64,000 nt of DNA from Pseudogymnoascus verrucosus (Eukaryota). The position numbers were made by a program, and so were the translations under genes. The DNA lies in assembly GCA_001662655.1 (NCBI GenBank), contig KV460289.1. One strand, given 5' to 3'. The notes under the pieces were generated by a model, which searched no databases, was not told the DNA's origin, and saw only the letters and a list, made by a program, of their open reading frames with translations. Below, piece by piece: positions 38,748 through 51,799 of the stretch (positions are counted from its first letter, which is position 1; the number at the start of each line of letters is the position of its first letter).

Positions 38748-39267
38748 GAGGCTTGAAGGCTCGAAGATTGCCAGAGGTAGCAATAGTTAAAATATAGGAT
38801 ACAATATACAAGAATTATCCACACACTGTATTTTTGTCGATAAACAAATGCTTATGTGAAATAAATGTTCCTCGTCGTCTTTCTCATAAACGCCATCTGG
38901 CCGTTGTCTTTTAAAAAAGTGACATAAATTTGCGTTCTAATTAATAATATAATTTATGTCCTCAATTTAATAAAATGATTTTATTTCTCGCTTTTGCATC
39001 TTTTTGGGGGGGACGCAGTTGCTGGCTTTCCTCTGCAAACATTCTCATTTTCATTCTCCTGACTTGGATTGGAAGACCCCGACATCCGATACCCCACATT
39101 CTGGATCATTGTAACGTAAGCGACGCTAACGTGGATTTGGCGATGGCCTGCAATATTGCTCGAAGTAGCTCGATAGTGGCACGCCCGCATCATCGACCGA
39201 TGTAAGATTACAATATCGACAACATATGGGCAGCAAGGAGTCATGAGCATGACACGTCGCATATAGT

Positions 39268-42200
39268 ATGCTTCTCCCTACACGCGCTGGATATTCGAGT
39301 CGACCATGCGCCAGCTTCGTTAGGCTCGCAAAGCTCAAGGCGCGGGATGAAACCACGCATCTCAGTCGCGGCGCGGTACGACGCGGATTCGCAACAGATG
39401 GAGCCATTTTAGAAGATCACCAGACGAAGAACCCCTCTTCTCTTGCCAGTATGTATTGCGCGCGTGACGGTACTATTGTACACCTTACTAACGAGTTATC
39501 GCAGAGACTTCAAACCCCCGTTTTAATGAAATAGGGGTGCAGCAACTCAGCAGCCATGTCCACTCCCAAATATTCCCCGGACCGTCAGTTGCGGCGCCGA
39601 AAGAACTTGTCGAGCTTGCGAGAGATCATTTGCAGCGACACGAGCTCCTCGGCAAGAATACAGACGACAACCCCCCGATATCGTTCGATTTACCACTACT
39701 CCAAGGCGAAACCCTTGATGAGCACTTCTATAAATTAGGCACGGATGCTGGGGAGCCGTACTTTGGCTATGCAAACCAGTTTACGAAGGCAAACGGACCA
39801 CCGAAACCGCGGAAATGGGTGCATCGAAGCGGCTGGACGAAGTACTACAGTGATGGGAGGACGGAGGCAGTGGATGCGCCAAATGAGGAGATGTTATGTT
39901 TCGACACTGAAGTTATGTGGAAGGAGAGCTCATTCGCCGTTATGGCATGCGCAGTCAGTCCCACTGCTTGGTATGCCTGGTTATCGCCATGGCTGCTTGG
40001 GGAGTCGGAATCCGATAGACACCTGATACCCCTTGGGGATCCACAACGTCACCGGATAATTGTTGGGCACAACATTGGCTACGATAGAGCCCGGATCGCA
40101 GAGGAATACTCTGTAAGCCAGTCTAAGAACTTCTTCCTTGACACCATGTCGCTACACGTGGCCGTCAATGGAATGTGCTCCCGACAACGACCAACCTGGA
40201 TGAAGCACAGAAAAAACCGAGAGCTACGAGATAAAATCGCACACGAGACAGATAACATCGAATTGGCTGCCCTTTTAGGTGACAGGGGCCTTACCGAAGA
40301 AGAGGAGGAGCTGTGGGTGGGCAGAAGCTCTGTCAATTCGTTACGAGATGTAGCCAAGTTCCATTTGGATGTCACCATTGACAAGGCTCAAAGGGACAGC
40401 TTTGGCGAACTCGACCGCGCTGGCATTCGAGGAAAGCTGGACGAACTGTTGGATTACTGTGCTGCGGATGTCTCGATCACACACCGCGTGTACAAAATCG
40501 TCTTCCCTAATTTCCTCGCGACATGCCCTCACCCAGTGAGCTTCGCTGCATTACGCCACCTATCATCTGTCATACTTCCAGTTGACAAGTCATGGGAGTC
40601 ATATATCGCCAACGCAGAAGCTACATATCTGAAACTCTCCGATTCCGTCCAGGAACGCCTGATCGCACTGACTGAGAAGGCTCTGGAGATCAAAGGAGAT
40701 GAGGAGAAGTGGAGTAATGACCCGTGGTTGCGTCAGCTGGACTGGTCGGGCCAAGAAATCAAGATGGTAAAGGGCAAGAAGAAGAATGACCCTCCGAGAC
40801 CAGCGGCACGGCAAAAGATGCCAGGTATGCCAGCATGGTATAAGGGCCTTTTCGCCAAGGCTGATGCCCCAATCAATTTGACTGTTAGGACCAGACTTGC
40901 ACCGCTCCTGCTTCGATTGGCATGGGATGGACATCCATTGTTTTGGTCTGATAAATATGGCTGGACATTCCGAGTGCCAGTAGCTGAGTCTCAGAAGTAC
41001 AAGGAGTTGCAGATGCAGAGGTGCACCGAGTTCGATGAGAAGGATATGGCGCTGAGAGACGATACAGGCGGCGTTTTTTACAAGATTCCGCATAAGGATG
41101 GACCAACGGCACGGTGTGCAAACCCGATGGCAAAGAGCTACATGTCATACTTCGAAAAGGGCATCCTATCTTCGGAATACTCATACGCAAAGGAGGCTCT
41201 TGAAATGAACGCTTCGTGCTCCTACTGGATAAGCGCAAGAGACCGCATCATGTCGCAGATGGTTGTATATGACGCTGATCTCCAGAAGCCAGCCAAGGGA
41301 CAAGCATCTAACGACACGGGCTACATTCTACCGCAAGTTATCCCCATGGGCACGGTGACAAGACGAGCTGTCGAAAATACATGGCTTACAGCAAGCAATG
41401 CCAAGGCAAATCGTGTCGGATCAGAGTTGAAGTCTATGGTCAAGGCGCCACCCGGATACTGCTTTGTGGGAGCTGATGTGGACTCTGAAGAGCTTTGGAT
41501 CGCGAGTCTCGTCGGTGATGCACAGTTCAAGCTGCATGGTGGGAATGCCTTGGGGTTCATGACCTTGGAAGGCACCAAAGCAGCTGGAACTGATTTGCAT
41601 TCGAGGACTGCGTCGATTCTGGGCATTACGAGGAACGATGCCAAGGTGTTCAATTACGGACGTATCTACGGAGCAGGTCTCAAGTTTGCGTCTACTCTAC
41701 TCAGACAGTTCAATCCTGGATTGTCGGAAGCAGAGACCACAAAGGTTGCCACGGCTCTGTATAAGGAGACCAAGGGAGCGAAGACTAACCGGAAGGCGTT
41801 ACACAAGAGGCCTTTCTGGCGTGGAGGAACCGAGAGCTTTGTCTTCAATAAGCTTGAAGAATTTGCAGAGCAGGAGAGGCCGCGGACGCCAGTTCTCGGA
41901 GCAGGAATTACTGAAGCATTGATGAGTCGATTCATCAACAAAGGTGGCTTCATGACTTCGAGGATCAACTGGGCGATTCAATCTTCTGGTGTCGACTATC
42001 TGCATCTTCTGATAATATCTATGGACTATCTGATTCGTCTGTTCAACATCGATGCGAGACTCGCAATCACCGTCCACGACGAAATCAGATATCTGGTCCG
42101 TGAGGAGGATAAATATAGAGCTGCAATGGCTCTGCAAGTGTCCAACGTCTGGACTCGCGCCATGTTCTCTCAACAAATGGGCATCAATGACCTTCCCCAG

Positions 42201-42734
42201 TCTTGTGCTTACTTCTCGGCCATCGATATTGACCATGTTCTCCGCAAAGAAGTGGATATGGACTGCATCACCCCATCGCACCTAACAAAAATCCCCCACG
42301 GAGAGTCAATGGACATCATGCAGCTCCTTGCCAAGGGCTCGCTCGCAAAACTGGAGCCTAGCATCCAGCCGACCGACGCACCAAAGCTCGACGGCATTAA
42401 GTACACCCATCGCCAACCGGTGATGGAGGCGCTAGAGAAGGCTAACCTCAGCTTCCTCAAAGCACAAATCACAGCCGACGAGAACGAACTAAAAGAGATC
42501 GTCAAGGTCCAACGCAAAGTCCTCGACGCCGACGAAAAAACCGCTAAGCCGAAGCAAACACGCGCTCGCAAGATCCTGCCATACCAGGCGCACGCAGAAT
42601 TGATGGAGGAGCCACTTAATATCACTGACTTGCTAGAGAGCAACTTCAGGAAGGACACGAGGAAGAAGAAACAAGAGCACTACCCGTGGGAAGAACAGAT
42701 GCCGCCGCGGTATAAACCCACACACCGCTGGTAA
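39268..42734 (+). CDS. MIP1: Mitochondrial DNA polymerase gamma; exons 39268-39448 and 39505-42734
   Basis: Arg/Ser-rich presequence; PRFNEIGVQQLS; exonuclease FDTE, GHNIGYDRAR, YCAAD; polymerase VGADVDSEELW, AKVFNYGRIYGAG, ITVHDEIRY. Confidence 0.97.
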
Positions 42735-43217
42735 CACACACTATCATATCAGATGTAAGCTTTCATATGTCGGGGAACACAATTGTACAGGATGGATGGG
42801 AACGGGAATTGGCGTATTCGAGCGTTGTTGGCAGGGGTGTAGTTGAACGGGACAGCGGCGCTTTTTGTGTGAGAATAGTGTATTTTGGGCTAAGGTTGTA
42901 TATTTGATTGTACGGGAATAGCGGGCTGCTAACAAAAGACGACGGGATGTCTGTAATGAAAACTGTAATACTCGTATTTTATTCTGGCTGGTCTTTTAAC
43001 AATGCAATTTCACGTGATATTAACCTTGTTGGGATCAACGTCGCTCAGCCACAACGAGGCGGCTGACATGCTATACGGAAGGATCACTTCGATGCGAGTG
43101 TTCCCAAAATAAATTCACAGATGCAGGCTGCGAAAAGGCTTTTCTAGCTCCCCTCCCCACGCCCAGCCTCGCACCTGCTCCAGGCACCCCAATCGCAGGA
43201 CACATGCATCACGTGCC

Positions 43218-43969
43218 ATGTCCACCCCCGACAACAACGACTCCCCCCTCTCCATCACCTCCTCCGTTACGGGGATCCTCACCTTCCTCGTCGCCATAAC
43301 GGCCACAATCTGGCTCCGGATCTCCGCCATCCGCACCGCCGACACCGAGTACTCGCGCGTCAAAACTGCCCTGAGCTGGTACAAAACCGAGTCAGAATGG
43401 ATCCACGACCTCGTCGCCACGCAGCGAGATGCCCAGGACAGGAGCAGGGGGAGTTTCGATAGTTATTTCTTGGATAAGGATTTGGCTTGGAGGGAGAAGG
43501 GGAGGGGGAGGCAGAGGGAAACGGAGATGTATGTTTTTGTGCTTGATCAGCTTGGGACCCTCGAGGCGAGGTTGTTGGAGATGGTTACGGCGGTGGAGGT
43601 TAAGGCGGAGGGGAGCTGGAGGGAGTGGCAGGGGGAAGGGCAGGGGGCGGGGTGGGGAGGGGGGGCGAAGAGGTGGTGGAGGAGGACGAGGATTGGGGTT
43701 TATTGGTTGCCGGTTAGGACGAAGGCGTTGGAGTTGGTGAGGCAGAGGGATGCGTTGGGGAATAGGGTTTTGTTTGCGCAGTTGGCGATGGTTTCTTCGT
43801 AAGTACTTTTTTTTGGTAGATGGGGGGGGGGGGATTGGGGGCGTTGGAGGTTTGGAAGCTGACGTTGTGTAGGAGGTTGGCGGATGGGGAGGAGAGAGCG
43901 AATAGACAGGATGAGAGGATTAGGGAGTTACTGGATACGGTGAGGTCGTTTGATGAGAGGTTGCCGTGA
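43218..43969 (+). CDS. Small uncharacterised protein with N-terminal hydrophobic helix; intron 43799-43872
   Basis: ORF starting DSPLSITSSVTGILTFLVAITATIW; GTAAGT..CTGAC..TAG intron joins a short last exon ending at TGA 43967-43969. Confidence 0.7.
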
Positions 43970-44340
43970 GTTTGATGGGAAAGGATGGGTGGGTTGGCGT
44001 TTTGGTTGGGATATCGACCTGGAGTCGTTGTATTGGATATAAAAGGTATGTGGCAAGCCATATGATATTATCATATCATAACTGAGAAAGTCTAAGAGGG
44101 AGAGCACGTGGCATATATCCTTTTGTATATATTTTGGCCGCTGTTGCTTTGAAGTCCGCCATTAGAATGACCGGAAATCATTGGAAGTTAGTTTGCTTGT
44201 AGAAGCATGCAGAACCATTGTTTGAGCAAAGATGATGTTTGCCTTGTGTGTGGCCTGACCTGACATAGACATGTCAGGTGGATCCCTGTGAAACCAAACA
44301 TAAGCCTCGCCAAACACGATGAATCGTATCCCTAGATTTG

Positions 44341-44914
44341 GCGCAAATCCATCTACAAACATACCAATCTGCGCAAAACCGGTCCCAAGTTCACCCGAAC
44401 GGATCATCAAGTCTTCTGGACGTAGTCAGTTCTTCTGAAATTATTAAGGATGGCCCGTGTGCTCTTATCAAAGTGATACATGCCTCCTTTAGGACAAGGT
44501 CATCATTCATCAGCTTTGCCAAAGGAAAAATGAAGCCATCTGAAGATATTGCGCAAATCCGCCCCGCACTAGATGGATTTGCGCAAAAACCACAAGAGAC
44601 CCTGCCACTCTGTATATTCTAGCACATAGAGCCCCTAACTGACCGTGTTACCACCTATTCTTGCGGTTCTTTCAGTGTCCAAAAGCCCCTATGTGACCCT
44701 GGTCCCCCTAGAATTTCGACCATAAGCCCCTAACTGACCCTGTCACATAGCAGATTTCTAGCACAAAGACCATACAAAGCCGGGCTCTTATCACTCTATC
44801 TATTTCTAGCACAGATACGCCCCAAAGTTAGCCTTGCCGGTCCTTCGGGTCAACGTGAAGCCGGCACCCTGGGGCATTTTACGCAAATCTGTCTAGAGGT
44901 GAACAGATTTGCGC
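44341..44914. repeat. Three 34-bp imperfect palindromes (44341-44374, 44551-44584, 44881-44914) with a degenerate 41-54-bp tandem array (about 44598-44840)
   Basis: GCGCAAATC...GATTTGCGC-type arms at identical span; AGCCCCTA..TGACC and TTCTAGCACA each occur three times. Confidence 0.7.
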
Positions 44915-45332
44915 AGAAGCGGGGTTTCATTAACCCGGCCGGTCATGTTTGTCTTGAAGGGACGTCAGTCAACGTTGTGGGAAAATGAGAAGGGATTGCA
45001 GACTGACCTAGTCATGGATAGAGCTGACAGAGTCGATTAGACCTCAAAGACTGGACATGCTCAGAAAGGGACATCACTCAGCAGGACTAAGAACTCATAC
45101 CATACACATATTGTTCTCCAAACGTAAATTGCCATTCCTCCCGGCCACGCAAACGCTGTAATGTAATGGGTATCCAAAGCATATATAGCATCATACCTCC
45201 CTCCCCTCCATCATCACATACACCCCCATGTCACAAATTGGACCCGCTCCAGCGCCCGGTTTATATACAAAGAATCGAACCAACCTTTGTTCCACATCAT
45301 ATCCCACAGCACCCCCATCCCTCAAGACCCCC

Positions 45333-48300
45333 CTACGCCGCCTCCTCCATCCCCTCCCACCCCCCCTCCATCTCCAAAAACGCCCTCACCCTCCCCCTCA
45401 CCTGCCCCAGCTCCCCCCCCAACGCACTCTCCCACTGCTCCTCCACACACCTAACCTTCTCCTTCAAATCATCCGTCAACGTCCTCCCCTCCGCCTCCGT
45501 CTCCTGCTCCACCTCCCCCCTCACAACCTCCGCCTCCTCCCCGCCCGCCACACGCTCGCTCTCCTGCGCACGCGCTCGAGCTGCCGTAACAGCCGTCTTC
45601 ACCTCGTGTAACAGGCAGAGGAGGTTCGTCTGGCTCTCGATGAACTGGTATGTGCTTCGACCACCGTGCTCGAGAAGGCTGTAGAGGTACTGCATCGGCC
45701 ACTCGTGGTAGGCGGGGTTTTCATCGTATTCCCCGGCCGGGATCTGCACGCGGAACTCCCTCGTGACAATCCCAGGGATCTTATCCAGTATACTCCTCAA
45801 CCCCGGCGCAATGTCCCAGAAGGCACTGAGCTGCACCTCCACCCCCCTCACCACATTCGCCTCCACAACATCCATAAACTCCATCGTCCTCCCCAACGCC
45901 CCCTGCGCGAACTCCACCCTCCTCTTCCCGGCATCATCAGCAAAAAAGCGTTCCGCGCCCACGACCTTATCCTCCCGCCCCGCCAGCCGGTAAGGTTCAA
46001 TAACCATATCCCTATACCGATCATTCCGATCCGACAACAAATCATAAAGCTCCGCATGCAACTGCTCCCGTGCCTCAAAAATCCATTTCAACAACGTCAA
46101 TTTCTCCAACAACTCAGGCTGCTCATCCCCCTCTTCCTGCGTGGCCGTCGGATCCTGCGCGCGCGCGTCGTCGAAGAGCTGGCTGCGGAGCTGCTCAAAG
46201 AGCGTGGTGCAGGTGTGCACGCGCTCCATTAGCAAATCATTCACGGGCGCTACGACGGCGGTTTGGAAGCGCTCGAATGAGGCTTTGGATGTTGCTTTCG
46301 TGTGCTCGTTCTCTGCTGCCGCTGCATCAGATTCTGCCTTCGCAGCATCAGCATACGTCATACTCCCGGCCTCGATATCGCGCGCGATGGTAGCGCGGAG
46401 GGCTTGTCGGCGCTGTGTAGCTGCTGCGGAGGCGGTGTGGCGCGCCTGTTCGTCGTCGGTGAGGAAAGTGGCTTTTGTGGCTTCGACGTCGGTGAATTTG
46501 CTGAGTTGCCGGACGGTGGTGCGGATCTCGGTTAGGTCGGGGTGGTTGTTGTTGACGGCGGGGTGGTGGCGGGGGTAGGGAGGCGGGAGGGTGACGAGGC
46601 GCGAGACGTCGAGGTGCCGGGGGTTGGGGGTGGGAGGGGCGGGGGAGTGGTTGAAGTGGTTTGTGGGGGTTTTGTGGGGGGGGGAGATGGGGCCTTCATC
46701 GTGCCAGCCTGTTTTCTCGGGGGGGTATTCGTCGGGGCCGTAGGAGGCGTAGTTACTAGGGCCTGCTTTTGGAGATGACTGGGGTAGCTGCGAGGGTGTC
46801 GAGTTTCCGTTCCCCTCCCATTGTAGCGACTCGCGAAGCTCTCGCGGCATTCCCATGTACTTTGACTCCCTCTTCGACCGCTCCAGCACTGTTGGCGACC
46901 CTCCCGAACCAGATTGCCCAACTTCCCACCACCTACTCGACGGTCTGCCCCTGGAGCTTGACTCCTCCTGAGCTTGACTCGCGCTCATACTAGGAATCGG
47001 CGACAGCGACGGCATATACCCCGTCCACCACGTTGATTCCGGCCTCGACCCCGGTCCCGCAGAACCCATACTCGACGCCGACGACGGCGCCGAATCAATC
47101 GGTCCAGTCTGCAGCGGTGGCAGACCGCTGAGCCCCTTATGTTCTGCAGTACTGGTGTGCGAACCGAATGAGCTCCGTTTCGAGTGCGTATATGGTCGGA
47201 ACAAGTCCCGTGTCAGCTCTAGCACCTCCGAGCCCATTGCATCAATGGCTGAGGTGTATAATTCTCGCCGAATCCGCGATTCTGAAACGATAAAATCGGC
47301 AAAGAGGCGGATGCGCTCCTCGTCCGTGTTTGCTGACGCCTCGCGCAGGATGAACTGCTCATGCCTCTGCAGCGCTGCGCTGCTGAAACTCCCAGCTGCT
47401 GGCGACGGTGACTGACGAGACGGTGCGCGCTTCGGTGATAATGGGACCGGCATACCCTGGTCCTTCAATGGCGTGTGTAAGATGTGCGAGATCGGTCGAG
47501 GCGAGCTGTCCGCGCGACGGCGAGAGATCGGCGGAGGAGTTGGGAGAGACTTGGGTGGTATATTCGGGTTGTGGCCTTGATACGAGTTCCGTGATGGATA
47601 CTGTGCGGGCGAGAACGGCGGCGTAGGCGCCTCAGTGCGACTTGCAGAGTTCAATGGCCTGGGCGTCGAGCCACGAGACTCGGGCTGCTGGATATCCGCC
47701 AACCGAGGCGTAACATGGCTGAGTGTCCGCGACGAATTCGGCGTATTCTGGCTTTGGTAGTTGGGTGTTCTCGATGAGTTCGGGGTATCCTGGTTCTGGA
47801 AGGAGCGTGCGCTGGAGGGGTTCGATTTTGCAATTTCTGGGCGCCTGCCAAGCACAGTCATAGGCGGCACCATAATATCAGCGGGTGTAATGGCTTCTGC
47901 CCAGGGATTGTTCGAAGGCTCTTCAATCGCAACAGCTTTGCCCGATCTACTCTCGCTCCTCCGCTCGCGAATGCTCTTTGGTTCGCCTCGAACCGCATGC
48001 GCTCTTGTTAATCCGGACGAGCTGGAGCCAGAATTCGACTCTGTGTGGCCGCTCGAGCTGACACTCGATGTGTCGAGATGTAGCGCTCCCGGAGGGAGTG
48101 GTGACCGCGGTCGTGGTGCGCCTGGCACCACTCGCGGGCTGTCTACCCAGCCCGCAGGAGTGGGGGGAACAGGGCCTAGTGTAGAAATAGGAGCTGGTCT
48201 GCGCGTCGGCGGGGACACAATCGGGTCAACACCCTCTGGACGTGACAGACTTTGTGACCTGGAACCCGACTGCGGGGGTGGCCCTGGCGGAGGAGGTGGT

Positions 48301-49152
48301 AGTGGCATGCCAGGTGCCCATCTCGACGTCGACGAATTGCGCGAGCGGGAACTGGGGCCTGTGGGAGTTCCGATTGCGCTTGCTGATACCGCGCGCCTGG
48401 AAGCTGGCGGCCTTTGCTCAGCAACTATGACGGGGAATGCCTCTGTAGACGGCTCCAAATTAAGTGGTGGGGGCCTGTGCGATGACGATGGTTGGTCTCT
48501 TATATCAACCGACCCCCGGGTCCTAGACGATGACGGCTGGTCTCTGCTTATATCTATCGATGCGCGCTGCCTTGACGGCTCTGGCACTTCTGGTGTTGTA
48601 GGCTTGCGGTGGAAGACATTTCCAAGATGGCTGAGCAGCGGCTGTGTCCTATCCCTCGATCTTGTTCGCGATGTCGGAGGAGGAGGTGGGAAGGCAGCCG
48701 CGGGCACTTCTGGTGAAGGTCTGTACGCGGCGCCCCCAGGGCTACCACGATTTAGCGGTGACGCCGAGGTGGCCGAGTCCAACGGGGAGAAACTAGTCGC
48801 ACTGTTATGGCTTCGAGGCGGCGAGTAAGGTGGAGGGGCAGGAGCTATATTTTATCATCAGCTACAGCACATTCAATTCGTAGGAGGCTAACACACCCAT
48901 AACCACATCTGAAGGAGACGGTGAATACCGCCCATTATCAGGCGAATACCCCGTCTGGGCACCACCCCATTGCTGCGGATTGTACTGCCTCACACCGCTG
49001 GCAGGTGTATAAGGCGTCTGGTGGTGAAAGGGCGAGCTCAAACTGACTGCAGAGTTCGGGGCCTGGAACTGCGGCTGCGGCGGGCCCAGCTGCGTCGCGA
49101 GGGGGTTGAGATTCTGGCGGCGCCGTTGGGAGGCTTCGGCGAGGCTGCTCAT
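45333..49152 (-). CDS. Uncharacterised Pro/Ser-rich protein with helical C-terminal domain (about 1255 aa); intron 48896-48845
   Basis: Exon 1 (MSSLAEASQRRRQNLNPL) splices in frame to the 1149-aa ORF; motifs APPPYSPP, LDVSRLVTLPPPYPRHHPAVNNNHPDL, ELLEKLTLLKWIFEARE. Confidence 0.85.
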
Positions 49153-50670
49153 TGTCGCGCGCGTAGCAGGCTGAGGGTGAGCACGGGAGGGGGAAGCTCA
49201 AGCTGGTGCTGCTGCTGCGACTTCACGGGGCGAGTTGCATCAGGCGCGGCTATCACAATAGAGCTTGGGGTTTTGTCGCGCGCCACAGGCACTTGGCGAT
49301 GAGAGTGCAGCAGATACGGGCCACGACGAGAAATAGGTTGAGGCGACCAGTTCGGCGGCCATATAGGGAGGAGAGGCAAGAGGCGCGACGTGGATTAGGT
49401 AACAAGCTTGTGGCCAACAAGCTCTGGCTATAAAAACGCTGATATGCAGGCAATCATGGAGGTTGCCATATTACAGTAGACGAGGCTCGGTCCTCTCCCT
49501 GACAGCCAGAAGAGACTCCACCTTGTTTTCCAAGGGAAGTGGTCATGTCTTGGAAACGGGTTGGGCGTGGGCCCCTCCCCGGCTCTGCATTATCTTCTGG
49601 CATCACAGAGCGAACTATATTGGCCGCATCAGGTGCGATTGGCCTGGGACTGCCCGTGGTATGCACACTTCATGCAGCACGGGGAGCACGATTGGGGTGT
49701 ATGGGGGTGTATGGGGGTGTATGGAGTGGAATTCTCAGGGGATCCCAGGGATGACCCAGGGACGGTCCCCTGCACTAAATGCATGGGGAGCGCACGCCAT
49801 GGCCGGGAGTGGTGTGTACTGTCCGGAGAGTGCAGCGTGCTGTGGTACTTTACGCATGTAAAATGCGACAGGATGGCACAGTGTGCTTGGTCGGTGAATC
49901 GTACATGAAAATGCTGGGTCTATCCCCTTGAAGAAGTGAAGATGTGAGCGAAGTACAAGCTGTAGAGGCTGTGATTCGCCGTTATCGCCGGCGTGGGTTG
50001 GTTGTTTGGGAAGTATTGGCACGTCGGCGGCTAATAGGCGACTGTGAGTGGTGGGTGGCGGGAGGGACGGGGGAGGGAAAAGGTAAGGGAACGGGGAAAC
50101 AGAACGGGAACCGGAAGTGGGCGGGGGATGCTATTAATAGATGGGGGACGGCAGTAAAATAGACCGTTCAGGGCAACGATAGCAGACAGGAGTCTACCAG
50201 GAAAATATTTGAGGGCGCACAGGACAGAAGGGCCGTGGAGTCCACCCAGAGAGAGAGCAGCCTCTTAATCACAGATCACGTTATCTCGTACAACAATGGA
50301 AGAGTATTATAATACAAGTATGTTAAGTGGTACAGTTTTAGACGCACTTGCCGACATACTTGCCGACTTCTGCCTTCGAGCGAGGGAGTTGTACGTACAG
50401 CGTACAGCGTAGAGAGTAGATTATGAATCAAAGTCACGTGATCTACGTCACTCTACCCTACCACCGTCACTGGATCAGTCTCATCTCTCCGATACAAAAC
50501 ACACACAGTATCATAGACAACTTATCATTTCTCACCCATAAATTCAAGACAGGGCACCACCCTTTCTCCGACGCCATAACCTATAAACCAAACCTAAAAC
50601 CAATAAATCCCCGGCTTCATACTACCCTACCTGCACTTCATCCCCGATACCCCTCAATCCACCCAAATCT

Positions 50671-50778
50671 GCCGCCATGGCGCAGTGGTAACGCGTCGCA
50701 CTTGTACCACTTGGACAGAACAACTGTCTTTCATGTCGTGAAATGCGAAGATCCCTAGTTCAATTCTGGGTGGCGGCA
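50671..50778 (+). tRNA. tRNA-Thr(UGU) with intron about 50707-50742
   Basis: Acceptor GCCGCCA/TGGCGGC+A, anticodon stem TCGCA/TGCGA with CT-TGT-A, T arm CCTAG-TTCAATT-CTGGG, downstream T tract. Confidence 0.93.
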
Positions 50779-51799
50779 CGTGACTTTTAATTTTTTGCGT
50801 TTTTGCTGGTACGAGCTAGCGAGGGGCATTTCGGGCATTTCGCTGACTGACTCGAGTGATTCGTATGTGCTTATATAATCTCTTACGTAATCATCCAATG
50901 CGAGCCTTAGGGCTGGCTGTCCGTGTCCTCGGCACATCCACACTCGACCATAATAGGTCTAGCGTAAATGCAAGTCATCAACAGATCGGATCGTGAATAT
51001 CATCTTTTATGGTACGATGAGAATGTCAACAGATCGATTTTATCAACGATTCAGGACCACTTACGCGTCTTCCGCGTATGGATATGCTCTACGTACTGTA
51101 CATACATACATACATACATACTTCACGACTAATGTCCATTTTTGCCCTTCTACCTCCCGTTATTCCCTTCAATCACTGCTGTGAACATCACTGAGACTAC
51201 TGTCTTGCCCAATTTCGGCATACGTGGAGAATCAAATGGGGCAACTGCACATGTGAGAACGGCCACAAGTGGAACCTCAACTTTCCCCTCCATCCATCCA
51301 CGGCCCTCTACAGCCCTCCCTTCCCTTCCATCCCTCCCTTCCCGACCCACCAGCCTGGCCCTCCCTCCCACAACCGCCACCAGCCTTTCAACGAAGACGG
51401 GGTGAGACCCCCTCAGCCACCGAATCAAAAGCAGAAGAACCAACCCCAAGCGGACCCAACCCTCCTCGCCATGACGCGCACCCACAGGTCTCGGGTGCTA
51501 GCGTCCCAAGGTGGCACGATGCAGCCGCGGTCGTACGGGCCCCGAGCGAGCAGAGCTTTTCGAAGCTCGTCCCGGCGCCCCCGACCTGGCATCTTACAAA
51601 GTCACCCGTCCTGACAATTGCACAACATCAACAATCCGGTGACACAAGTTAAAAATAACAAGAGAGAAAGAGAGAGATTGCAACACGATCAATCGCTCTT
51701 GGATTTTCGCATATCGAAGTCGTCGTTCTTGCAAACCGCACACACTTCTGACCCACGTACGCTCGTTTTTTAAAAATCACACGCGACACACTCGACACG

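Noticed and set aside
44341..44914. Repeat-spacer pattern as a CRISPR array
   Set aside because: Only three palindromes at uneven 210/330-bp spacing, degenerate units, eukaryotic context and no cas genes
50671..50778. Reading the tRNA as Tyr(GUA)
   Set aside because: The TCGCA/TGCGA stem places CT-TGT-A in the loop, so the anticodon is UGU (Thr)
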